Shown one piece after another: positions 16,032 through 24,983 of a stretch of DNA of 57,291 nucleotides (its first letter is position 1; the number at the start of each line of letters is the position of its first letter). The notes beneath the pieces were generated by a model. That model did no database searches. It had not been told where the DNA came from and worked only from the letters and a program-made list of their open reading frames with translations. The stretch is from a virus (Duplodnaviria > Caudoviricetes), in IMG/VR virus record IMGVR_UViG_3300008954_000065, positions 1 to 57,291 of that record, one strand, 5' to 3'. Position numbers and translations under genes: made by a program.

Positions 16032-17897
16032 GTGATAAAAAGAAAGAAGCATGACCAACTGATTTTCCCTGGGCTCCACGATGGCCCAAAGGGAAGACAT
16101 TTCAAGAAAATAAACACCATCGCAAGGGAGGATAAAGAGATGGCCAGCAATGGATTTATAGCAACAGACCAGCATGAGGCGATATTTAAATTTATCATGA
16201 ATGGTTTAGGAAATTGCCAGGTATCAGCGCTAGCTGGGTCGGGGAAGACATCGACCATGATACAGCTATGCCTTTTGCTTGAGAAGCATAGGATGGATAT
16301 ACGAAAAATCCTTATGTGTGCCTTCAACAAAGCGATTATTGATGAAATTTCCGCAAAAGCAAAAAGACTTGGACTTTCTGTGGACTGCCTGACGACTCAT
16401 GCCGTTGGAAATCAATCCGTAAGGCCTTTTCTTTTCAGCATTGGGGCAGGCAAGGTGTCTGTTTCTGAACCTGGGCATCCGTACACTGGCATAATCAGAG
16501 ACAAGTTCAAGGATGATAAAGAGAGAAAAGACCTGGCTCTTGAAATACTTGGATACCTTTTTAACGGGTGTGCATGGTTATCCATAGAGGACTTGATGAA
16601 CGCTGACCGCGATCAGGTCAAGCCCTTGCTGGATCACCACGGAATATATGTGCCCCCCACCGTAGAGATACCAAACCAGGACGCCAGCGAGAAAGACCTC
16701 GTTGAGTATCTGCTTGGGCTGATAACCACAAGGGTCAAGCTGCTGGCAGAGGGGAAACATATAGACCCCGAACAGCCGCACATGACGTTCAATGAAATGA
16801 TCTCGCTGCCACTTATCTTTAACACGAAGCTAAATAAATATGACCTTGTTATTATCGACGAGGCCCAGGATCTAAACAAAACAAAGCAGAGTCTTATAAA
16901 AAAGTTTGCGGACGATGGCGCTAGGATTATAACGGTGGGGGATCCTCACCAGGCGATATATGGGTTCACTGGGGCGGACCACAGGTCAATGGATACCATG
17001 AAAGAGATGCTCAATATAGAGAAGGAGCTTCCCCTTACCGTGTCGTACCGCATACCAAAAAGAGTATGTTGGTTGGCCCAGAGAGACGTGCCGGAAATAG
17101 AATGTCTGCCATCTGCGGAGGAGGGGGAGGTAATCCTCGATTACGACAAGGGATCTGACACCGTGCATGGCATCCCTATACTGGAATCCGAGCAGGACAG
17201 GTATCTGGGCAGAGTTTTACAGGATTTCGATGGAGAGGCGCTGATACTGTGTCGGTACAATGCGCCCCTTTTCAAAATTGCTTCTTTGCTTATCAGGAGG
17301 GACGTTGGCTTTACCTTTAGGGGGAAATCAGGGTTTGCACGAAAGTATAAAAACTTCATGGAGAGGGTATACGAGCAAGACCTTCCTATCTGCACCGAAT
17401 ACCTGCAGGGAAAGAACGGACTTCTGCACCTCATGAAGGAAAGAAAGAACAACGAATTGGCGAGAATCGAGAAAAAGAAAGCTAAGGATAGCAACTACAA
17501 TTGCGGAGAGGCAACATCCAAGATTAGGGACATGGTTGCGACATGTGAAGCCATAGTCTCTAATGCGCTTGAAGATGGGTACGAAAAAGTCACTGACGTT
17601 ATAGGGCAATACAAAAAGACCAAGAGGGTTGGAGGCACCATAGAAAAGTTCATGTATATGAAGACACAAGACCCTGACAGGCAGGGGGCCAGCCGCATAG
17701 AGTTGTCGAGCATCCATCAGGCAAAGGGAACAGAGGCAGACAACGTAATAATCTGGGGATGGAGCATGATGCCATCGGTTCATGCGAAGAGCGAGTGGGA
17801 GTTGATCCAAGAGCGAAACCTAAGATATGTTGCGGTGACCAGGGCAAAGAAAAAACTTCTTCTGGTGGATATAGAAAGGGATGAGGATGATGACTAA
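16032..17897 (+). CDS. UvrD/Rep-family superfamily 1 DNA helicase
   Basis: ALAGSGKT, IIDEAQD, GDPHQAIYGF, SYR, SIHQAKGTE, RYVAVTRAK. Confidence 0.93.
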   Translation: MIKRKKHDQLIFPGLHDGPKGRHFKKINTIAREDKEMASNGFIATDQHEAIFKFIMNGLGNCQVSALAGSGKTSTMIQLCLLLEKHRMDIRKILMCAFNKAIIDEISAKAKRLGLSVDCLTTHAVGNQSVRPFLFSIGAGKVSVSEPGHPYTGIIRDKFKDDKERKDLALEILGYLFNGCAWLSIEDLMNADRDQVKPLLDHHGIYVPPTVEIPNQDASEKDLVEYLLGLITTRVKLLAEGKHIDPEQPHMTFNEMISLPLIFNTKLNKYDLVIIDEAQDLNKTKQSLIKKFADDGARIITVGDPHQAIYGFTGADHRSMDTMKEMLNIEKELPLTVSYRIPKRVCWLAQRDVPEIECLPSAEEGEVILDYDKGSDTVHGIPILESEQDRYLGRVLQDFDGEALILCRYNAPLFKIASLLIRRDVGFTFRGKSGFARKYKNFMERVYEQDLPICTEYLQGKNGLLHLMKERKNNELARIEKKKAKDSNYNCGEATSKIRDMVATCEAIVSNALEDGYEKVTDVIGQYKKTKRVGGTIEKFMYMKTQDPDRQGASRIELSSIHQAKGTEADNVIIWGWSMMPSVHAKSEWELIQERNLRYVAVTRAKKKLLLVDIERDEDDD

Positions 17898-18228
17898 AAC
17901 AAAGAGCGATTATGATTACTGGGCGGACTACAAAAAAGAAGTCCAGGAAGGCATCAAAAAAATGATCGATGAAAGCGATGGCCGGGAGGTTGGGCCTGAT
18001 GAGCAGTTAATGCTCCAGGGCTATACCGAGTGGAAACTGGATACGGATACGGTCCAATCAGGGCTGCGGATTCCAATCTTTATGCTGCGTCAACTTCATG
18101 AAATGCGACCCTGGCTGATGCAAGAACCGGAGCTTTACGGAAGGCCACCAACGAACGCCGAGATGATTCGTGTGGCCCTTGCCGTGGGGGTTCTACACCT
18201 AAAAAGAAGAATGAAGGAGGTGACCTAA
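17881..18228 (+). CDS. Hypothetical protein, possible ribbon-helix-helix-like C-terminus
   Basis: Last rightward gene; GLRIP..ML..L...AEMIRVAL. Confidence 0.6.
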   Translation: MRMMTKTKSDYDYWADYKKEVQEGIKKMIDESDGREVGPDEQLMLQGYTEWKLDTDTVQSGLRIPIFMLRQLHEMRPWLMQEPELYGRPPTNAEMIRVALAVGVLHLKRRMKEVT

Positions 18229-18257
18229 CTAGGCAAAACATCTGAACCACATACGTG

Positions 18258-18845
18258 CTAAAATCTGTCGTCACTATTCACGTTCTGTACGGCAGTGGAT
18301 GCCCAGGATCGGACTTCCGCAATCGGATAGTTTGGCCCTGGGCATTGTTTTGGTTTTCGGTTTCGCATAGCTAAGATCTCGTCATGACCGTAGACCCCAC
18401 GGATGTCAGGAAAGTCTAGCCATAGGTCTCGGCAGAGATGCTTCGTGCTTAAGATTTGACTAGCCGTCGGACTCGAACGACGAAAATCCCCAAAGTTACC
18501 AACCCCAATGGAAGTAGAATTAACTCCTGCACAGTGGGCACCTTTACACGCTGCGTCAAGGAACTGGTAAACCTTCCCCTTCCGGTCCACGATATAGTGG
18601 TAGGGGACGTATGCTCGGCTCTTATAGTTCTCCGGCACACCATACTTCCTCCAGTCCCGAATCGCATCCAGGCGGGCCTCAAGGCTTCCAATGGTCACCG
18701 TGGCAACACCCTCTGGGTCTTCCGTGAAAAACTCATGCACGGAATCCACCGTGTATCCAATTTTGATCCGGTGGACAACAATGCTTGAGGTTATTTTTCT
18801 TATTGGGCGAGGAATATCTTCGGGTATCCGCTCGACCACTTTCAT
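18258..18845 (-). CDS. Endolysin, N-acetylmuramoyl-L-alanine amidase (Amidase_2 type)
   Basis: IVVH, PYHYIV, GAHC.G.N..SIG, GH, K.CPG zinc-amidase motifs; end of late operon. Confidence 0.9.
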   Translation of the reverse strand: MKVVERIPEDIPRPIRKITSSIVVHRIKIGYTVDSVHEFFTEDPEGVATVTIGSLEARLDAIRDWRKYGVPENYKSRAYVPYHYIVDRKGKVYQFLDAACKGAHCAGVNSTSIGVGNFGDFRRSSPTASQILSTKHLCRDLWLDFPDIRGVYGHDEILAMRNRKPKQCPGPNYPIAEVRSWASTAVQNVNSDDRF

Positions 18846-19063
18846 TTCATGAGCCTTCCGAGCGCCGCAGCCCATGGCATCTTGGCCGCTGCTGTCTGGC
18901 CCAAGGTGATAAGTCCGGCAGCTATCACGGATGTGGGCAGCTCCACCTTAACATCAGGAACACTGAATGCGCCCAAGACCTTTACACCCTTGATTTCAAG
19001 CTCAAGGTTTCCATCTCGATCTGCATCCCCAACACGTCCACTTCCCCAGCTAATCAAGTCCAT
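18842..19063 (-). CDS. Small hypothetical protein in lysis region
   Basis: GGGAG RBS; hydrophobic C-terminus; coupled to amidase. Confidence 0.6.
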   Translation of the reverse strand: MDLISWGSGRVGDADRDGNLELEIKGVKVLGAFSVPDVKVELPTSVIAAGLITLGQTAAAKMPWAAALGRLMK

Positions 19064-19100
19064 GTCACTCTCCCTCTGTTTTTATTGGCGAGCATCTTCT

Positions 19101-19370
19101 TTATTCGCTCGTCTGTTGTTGAATCCTTTTTACCCTGGCTTCGGCTTTTCTTTTCATCTTTTTTGAAAGCTTTTTGCCACGGATTTCTTCGATCTTTTTT
19201 ACGCATTCTTCCACGTCCTCGATGACGTGGGCGACATCCTCTGCCGCCTCAAGCGTCTTCGTCAAATCAAACTTCCCAGTCTGAACCCTGGCCACAATAA
19301 CCGGTGTTATGGCGAACACCAAGGCCACAATCACCCCAAGAATATCAACTGCTATTTCCACGTATTCCAT
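19101..19370 (-). CDS. Putative holin-like membrane protein
   Basis: One N-terminal TM helix, charged C-terminus, near endolysin. Confidence 0.5.
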   Translation of the reverse strand: MEYVEIAVDILGVIVALVFAITPVIVARVQTGKFDLTKTLEAAEDVAHVIEDVEECVKKIEEIRGKKLSKKMKRKAEARVKRIQQQTSE

Positions 19371-19372
19371 GA

Positions 19373-19966
19373 TTACTCCACAACGTCCGCGCCAATGGAA
19401 AAGTTTCCACTGAGCCCTGTCGGCGTTTTTCTGTCCCCTTGATAGGTCGAATGCGTGATACCTGCCTCGTCCACGAAACCCGTATAGCCTACGGTGATGG
19501 TCCCTGCTGTGGCATCAAAGTCCGTGATGACCACGAGCAGATTATTCTGCGGAAACCCGCTGCTCAAGTCGATGACCTGGCCGAGACTGATTTCGTCAAA
19601 GTCGATACCTGTCCCAGTCAAAACCCCGCTTCCTGCGGTCACGGCAAATGTCCCTGCCGAGGTCGCGAGGTCACCTTTTCTGGTCACATCCAAGTCCCAA
19701 TAATACTGACCGGGGGTGACATTGATCGTGTCTGCCACCAAGAGTTTGATGAGCGATTCCCCGCTGGCTGGGACTGTTATCTGAAGCTGGTCTGGATAGT
19801 ACGATTGCTTAAATATGATGGACCGGCTGTTGTCGTCATAGACACTGCCCTTAACTGCAAAGCGCAGCACAGCCTCAGTGATATCAACCGGCGTGGTACC
19901 ATCACTTTCGTATATCGTAACGCTGAAGTTTCGCGAGTCTCCCCGGACGATGCTGATGTCTGTCAT
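19373..19966 (-). CDS. Structural protein with BppU-like N-terminal Ig fold
   Basis: I.IVRGDS..F.VTI..DGTTPVDIT.A..RF.VK...G.YYWDL pattern. Confidence 0.55.
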   Translation of the reverse strand: MTDISIVRGDSRNFSVTIYESDGTTPVDITEAVLRFAVKGSVYDDNSRSIIFKQSYYPDQLQITVPASGESLIKLLVADTINVTPGQYYWDLDVTRKGDLATSAGTFAVTAGSGVLTGTGIDFDEISLGQVIDLSSGFPQNNLLVVITDFDATAGTITVGYTGFVDEAGITHSTYQGDRKTPTGLSGNFSIGADVVE

Positions 19967-19968
19967 TT

Positions 19969-20163
19969 TTACGCTCCCTGGATACTTTGCTTAATCTTTT
20001 GAGCATAGATTTTAGCATTTTTAAACTCGATTTCTGACACATCTTCCGGCCACTCTGTGGACGCATGAACCGCGTCGAGCCATGCGATAAATTCAGCTTT
20101 TGTTCCAGAGGTCTCTGGGGCCATTTTTCTCATGATGCTAAAAATATAAGGTGTCATCTTCAT
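19969..20163 (-). CDS. Hypothetical protein
   Basis: GGAG RBS, 64 aa in operon. Confidence 0.6.
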   Translation of the reverse strand: MKMTPYIFSIMRKMAPETSGTKAEFIAWLDAVHASTEWPEDVSEIEFKNAKIYAQKIKQSIQGA

Positions 20164-20165
20164 CT

Positions 20166-21635
20166 TTAACTCCTGACAACAGTGCCGACGCCTGTGGCTG
20201 CGGTGAAATCATTTTGAGGCAATGCCCCGTATGCGAAGTTCCCAGCGTTTCCGACTGTGACATCGGCTACGCCAGCAACAATGGAAGAGCCCGCACCAAG
20301 GCCAGATGCGAAGGATGGTCCGTCAAGGCGGAATCCGATGTTCGTGACAGCGCCTGTAATATTTCCGCTAGATGCCTTGATGCTGACGGAAGCGTCTTCC
20401 CCTGCGATCATAAAAGTTGCGACTGTCGCTGCTGCGTCGATAGATACCCCTCCGGCGATATTTATTCGATGCTCTCCCTGGTCGGCCCGGATGCAATACG
20501 TGGAGCTGTTTTCCATATCAACCTTGGAAACAGTCAGGTCCGTAGCGTTCCCCGTGAAGGAGAAATGCTGGGACACGCCGCCCTTTTTTTGGATTGTGCA
20601 TTCAGATAGTGATATTCCTCCACCGACGGGATTGACGAATCCGGCAACGCCACCGACAAAGCATATTTTCTCTATTCCCCTGCATCCAATCGTTCCATCC
20701 GCCGCAAAGACGTCACCGTCAACGATGCTGATATAGCCGCTGGTCATGCCGGAGTGATCGCAGGCAATCATGTCGCAGTTCCTAACATCGGGGATGGAAA
20801 CGCCAGACACGTCCTGAAACTTTATGCCCATGAATGTCACTGACACGTTCAGGTTCGCTGATCCGAGAGGGGTGCTTGTTCCATCTACCTCGAAAACGGT
20901 GCTGATGGGAAACACGGGCGGATCGTAACTCCCAAACGCATAAACACCGCCATACCTCATTACCACGTTCAAGTTAGGGCTGACGCTCGGCAGTGATACA
21001 CCCGCCGGGGCGTATGCGAAAATGTCCTCTTCGATGGTGGCCGAAAATCCATCTATTATGAAGTGCGAACCTGATGTGATGGGATCAGTATAACCATTTG
21101 TGGTGACCGTGTACTGCGAAAATTTTCCGGCGACAGGGGCAACGGTGACGGGTCTTGGGATCGTTGTCGTTGGGGTCTGGTCAATGTTTCCGGTGAAGAC
21201 AATATTGATTGAACCGCCACCCTTGGGGGCGAGGTCAACGATCTGCGGGGCCGGAAAAGGACCGTCATCAAGAGGCCGAATAAGGAAATCGCCAGAGCTT
21301 TCAGGTTGGATCGTGCTTGCACACCTTTGTGGTGTAGCGTAAGGGTTTCCAGGTGTGCCGTCACCAGTGTCGTCGTCCCCCGTGGTCGCGTAGTAAATGT
21401 TTGATACTGATTGTGCTGGCTCGCTCTTCAGCTTCCAGCCCGTAGCTGTTCGCTCGTAGGTTGTTCCATTTGACTGAACATGAACCAGACACCCGGTCTT
21501 GTCGAAGTCAGAGCCAGCAATAGCGTCTCGCTCTGCAATGTCAGCAACAACCCGATACCCGCCGCGAAGGGCAGTGTCGTCAAGCGATGCGACACCAACG
21601 GCAGCGTTTACGAGTTCTCCTGCAAATGTGGGCAT
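20166..21635 (-). CDS. Tail fibre/spike-like protein, probable beta-helix
   Basis: IYYATTGDDDTGDGT.GNPYAT motif; Gly/Ser/Thr-rich beta content. Confidence 0.7.
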   Translation of the reverse strand: MPTFAGELVNAAVGVASLDDTALRGGYRVVADIAERDAIAGSDFDKTGCLVHVQSNGTTYERTATGWKLKSEPAQSVSNIYYATTGDDDTGDGTPGNPYATPQRCASTIQPESSGDFLIRPLDDGPFPAPQIVDLAPKGGGSINIVFTGNIDQTPTTTIPRPVTVAPVAGKFSQYTVTTNGYTDPITSGSHFIIDGFSATIEEDIFAYAPAGVSLPSVSPNLNVVMRYGGVYAFGSYDPPVFPISTVFEVDGTSTPLGSANLNVSVTFMGIKFQDVSGVSIPDVRNCDMIACDHSGMTSGYISIVDGDVFAADGTIGCRGIEKICFVGGVAGFVNPVGGGISLSECTIQKKGGVSQHFSFTGNATDLTVSKVDMENSSTYCIRADQGEHRINIAGGVSIDAAATVATFMIAGEDASVSIKASSGNITGAVTNIGFRLDGPSFASGLGAGSSIVAGVADVTVGNAGNFAYGALPQNDFTAATGVGTVVRS

Positions 21636-21644
21636 CTCAATCTC

Positions 21645-22412
21645 CTATGGCGTAACGGTAAAGGCCAACGGCCCGGTAATGGTTGTGTCGATAAGGTTAT
21701 CCGAACGAGCAACGCGATAGTTCTGGGTGTTGCCGAATGCGTTCGTTATGGAAAGCGCCACCTGCACCTCGGTCATATCGCCAGGCCCAAAAGAGCCAAT
21801 CTCAAAGTTGGTGGGCAGCAAAGGTCCATACGGGTCGGGATATGCGTGAACAATGTACTGGTTCACTGGTGCAATCGTCCCTGAATACGAAGCAGACGAA
21901 GAAAGACTCTGCGTTATGAGAGCCTCAATATCCGCTTCGGTGTATGGTCCAGCATTGGCCGTGATGCCCGTAAAAACCAGTGGTCGCCAGGTAAATACAA
22001 CCTGCCCCGTGTCTGGACTTCCAGCCTGGCTTGCCGTCAAGGTGAACGTGACAGTTGCGTTGTTAGCCGTCTTGGTGAATGTACCGTCAGAGCTGAATGA
22101 TGTTGGTGTAACGGTCACATCTTTTGCCGGGGTTCCGTCATCGTCAGTCAGAACAGCACTGTCTGGTGTACGATTGTATGCCGCGCTAAATGATGGTGTC
22201 GCAGAAGACTGCCCCACTTCAAAGCTCGAACCAGACAAGGAAGAGAACGATGTGATATCGAAGGCTGGGGCTGCGCAGTCTTCAATGATGGTCCCAATGA
22301 GGTTGGGGTCTGCGGCAATGATGCCAGATAACTGCTCCTGGACACAAACCTCCACTGTGACCGTCGATGGGTCAACAATGGTTCCTCCTGTGACTATTCC
22401 GCTGATTCCCAT
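21645..22412 (-). CDS. Virion structural protein (Ig-like plus C-terminal beta domain)
   Basis: ATG 22412 via TAATG coupling; Thr/Ser-rich. Confidence 0.65.
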   Translation of the reverse strand: MGISGIVTGGTIVDPSTVTVEVCVQEQLSGIIAADPNLIGTIIEDCAAPAFDITSFSSLSGSSFEVGQSSATPSFSAAYNRTPDSAVLTDDDGTPAKDVTVTPTSFSSDGTFTKTANNATVTFTLTASQAGSPDTGQVVFTWRPLVFTGITANAGPYTEADIEALITQSLSSSASYSGTIAPVNQYIVHAYPDPYGPLLPTNFEIGSFGPGDMTEVQVALSITNAFGNTQNYRVARSDNLIDTTITGPLAFTVTP

Positions 22413-24805
22413 TAGACCGTCCTTAGCAGTGTCTCCCATTTCGCTGCATCAATCTGCGTTGCCGAAATGGTGACCGTCATGATTTCGCCCTCTCCAACTC
22501 CTCCGGGTGTGGAAGCGTTGGCAGTGGCTGCATCTGGAAATATTCGTCTGCGCAAAGTCAATGGTCTATCGTTTGCGTCGTAGGTCAGAGCGTCATCTCT
22601 GACGTTACCACCTGCGTTTCCAAATGCGGCAGCAAGTGCTTGACCCGCAGTTCCTGTTGCGAGATGCCCAGCAAGAGACTCATCGAAGATAGCATCAACG
22701 CCAGCAGCATCAAGACTCATCGCGTCTCCAGGGGTTGCCCTACTCGAAACCGTGGCATCCAGATTGGTGGCAACTGTTGGCTGCATCGCTGCCGTATCCG
22801 CAAGAACATCTTGCAGCTCACCAGCGGCAGTTGCTGCGGTCGCCCCAGTAACGCCGAGTGCTTGACGAATCTGCTCTTTTTCTCCCGTGGTCCAATCCGT
22901 ATCCGAATCCGACTCCCAGAGACCTGCACCGTGGGTGCCAGAAAGCTCAGTGTCGATGGCTGTGCGCTCTCCGGCTGTAAGCGTCATCGCGTCACCTGGG
23001 TCTGCTGTTCCCCGGCTTGACACTGCTGCATCAACATTCGCCCCGTTGAAGGGTGTCGCATCGGCAAGGATATCAGCTTGGGCCAGTGTCGAACGAGAGC
23101 TGATGGTCGCGTCAACATTGTCACCAACTATCTTCCCTGCCTCACCCGCCGCAAAGGCTCCGGGCAAAGACTCCGCCCAGACTGCCGCTGCGATTGTTGC
23201 AGGAGTAGATCCACCTCCTGCATTGTCCAATGCTTCTCCTGTCGATCCAGCTCCAAGATGCCCAGCGATTGGCTCGTCCCAAATGCCGTCAATCCCGGCT
23301 GCCGTTAGCCCCATATTGTCCCCGGCAACCGCAAAGCCAGTAGCTGTTTGGTAAGAGCCTGCTCCGTGACTCGCGGTCACCAATGCGTCCACGTCAGCGG
23401 CAGTGTGACTGCTTCTTGAAGAGATGCTGGCATCAATGTCCGCACCGGGGAACGGTGTGGCGTCAGATAAAATATCCGCCTGAGTCAAGGTAGACCGAGA
23501 GCTAATAGTCGCATCGACATTAGCTGTGACAAGCGGCTCGATGGCTGCCGTGTCCGCCAGTATATCCTGAAGCTCACCTGCGGCTGTTGCCAGCGTCGCG
23601 CCGGTAATGCCAAGTGCCTGCCTCATTTGGCTTCGCTCTGAGACTGTCCAGTCAACACCTGCTCCACTGGATGCGTCATTCAACGCTTCGCCAACACTGC
23701 CAACGCCAAGGTGACCTGCAATAGGCTCATCCCAAACCGCATCAACGCCAGCAGCGGTGAGACCCATATTGTCTCCCGCCACTGCGAATCCAGTTGCCGT
23801 AATGTATGAACCCGCGCCATGACTAGCTGTCACGAGGGCATCCACATCTGCGGCTGTATGACTTGACCGGCTCGAAATGGCCGCGTCGATATCTGCCCCA
23901 GGAAATGGCGTGGCATCCGATAGGATATCTGCCTGAACCAGCGTAGACCTAGAGCTTACGGTGGCGTTCAGGTTCGTGGACACCAGCGGTTCCATGGCCG
24001 CAGTATCCGCAAGAACGTCCTGAAGCTCGCCCGCAGCGGTCGCAGCCGTGAGGCCCGTAACGCCCAGCGCTTGACGAATCTGTTGCTTCTCCGCACCAGT
24101 CCAGTCCGTTGCGCTTGCAGATTCCCAGTTTCCAGCCCCGTGAGTTCCACTGAGCTGGACGTCAATAGCTGTTCTTTCGCCTGCGGTCAGCGTCATTGCA
24201 TCACCGGGATCGGCAGTGCCTCGACTTGAGATAGTCGCGTCTATGCTGGCTCCAGCGAATGGAGTTGCGTCACTTAAAATATCTGCCTGCGTGAGAGTGG
24301 ACCGGCTGCTGATGGTGGCGTTGACATTATCGCCAACGATCTTGCCAGCTTCACCAGCACCAAAGGCACCAGGAAGCGCTTCCGCCCAAACTGCCGCAGA
24401 GATAGCTGCTGGAGTTGACCCGCCGACAGATGCGTCGTCCAGTGCTTTCCCCGTCGAACCAGCGGAAAGATGGCCCGCCAGCGCCTCATCCCAAACATCG
24501 TCCTGAACGGAGTTGGTAACGCGCATATGCTCAGACACACGCTCAATGTTCGCAACCAGCGTCGTATGTCCAGCATCGCTGTACGTTAGATATATGATGG
24601 AATACCCGCCGACAGCAGGAGCTGTCAGCGTCCCCTGATAAAGACCATCTGCAACGTGGGAAAGGTTGACCGGGCTTGCGCCAATGGCCACCCCCGCATT
24701 ATCGTAAATCTCGGCCTGCGGAAACCTGCTTGTGTCACCGTCCGCCAGGACCAACTCCAACAAGGCCGTGTCGCCTGTGATTACTTCAATCATCGCTTCC
24801 TCCAC
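22412..24805 (-). CDS. Long modular-repeat virion protein (fibre-like)
   Basis: Repeated modules VWDExxAGHLxAGSTG, DATISSR, DWT..E..QIRQALG.TG. Confidence 0.75.
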   Translation of the reverse strand: MEEAMIEVITGDTALLELVLADGDTSRFPQAEIYDNAGVAIGASPVNLSHVADGLYQGTLTAPAVGGYSIIYLTYSDAGHTTLVANIERVSEHMRVTNSVQDDVWDEALAGHLSAGSTGKALDDASVGGSTPAAISAAVWAEALPGAFGAGEAGKIVGDNVNATISSRSTLTQADILSDATPFAGASIDATISSRGTADPGDAMTLTAGERTAIDVQLSGTHGAGNWESASATDWTGAEKQQIRQALGVTGLTAATAAGELQDVLADTAAMEPLVSTNLNATVSSRSTLVQADILSDATPFPGADIDAAISSRSSHTAADVDALVTASHGAGSYITATGFAVAGDNMGLTAAGVDAVWDEPIAGHLGVGSVGEALNDASSGAGVDWTVSERSQMRQALGITGATLATAAGELQDILADTAAIEPLVTANVDATISSRSTLTQADILSDATPFPGADIDASISSRSSHTAADVDALVTASHGAGSYQTATGFAVAGDNMGLTAAGIDGIWDEPIAGHLGAGSTGEALDNAGGGSTPATIAAAVWAESLPGAFAAGEAGKIVGDNVDATISSRSTLAQADILADATPFNGANVDAAVSSRGTADPGDAMTLTAGERTAIDTELSGTHGAGLWESDSDTDWTTGEKEQIRQALGVTGATAATAAGELQDVLADTAAMQPTVATNLDATVSSRATPGDAMSLDAAGVDAIFDESLAGHLATGTAGQALAAAFGNAGGNVRDDALTYDANDRPLTLRRRIFPDAATANASTPGGVGEGEIMTVTISATQIDAAKWETLLRTV

Positions 24806-24820
24806 TAATAATATCTACGC

Positions 24821-24982
24821 TCATGACGGCACTTCTGGGTTTGAGGCAACGACTGACGCATGAACGTATTCTTCAGATGCCGTATGGTCAGGGTTAGCCT
24901 CCAGGTGGGCGTCCATTCCTGCATAGTTGTCGATGTCGAAAGTTTCGCCGCACGAGCAGATAAAAAGCATCCTTGTAGCCAT
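24821..24982 (-). CDS. Small protein with CxC..H..H motif (53 aa; not in ORF track)
   Basis: MATRMLFICSCGETFDIDNYAGMDAHLEANPDHTASEEYVHASVVASNPEVPS; GAGG RBS; fills gap. Confidence 0.6.
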   Translation of the reverse strand: MATRMLFICSCGETFDIDNYAGMDAHLEANPDHTASEEYVHASVVASNPEVPS

Positions 24983-24983
24983 C

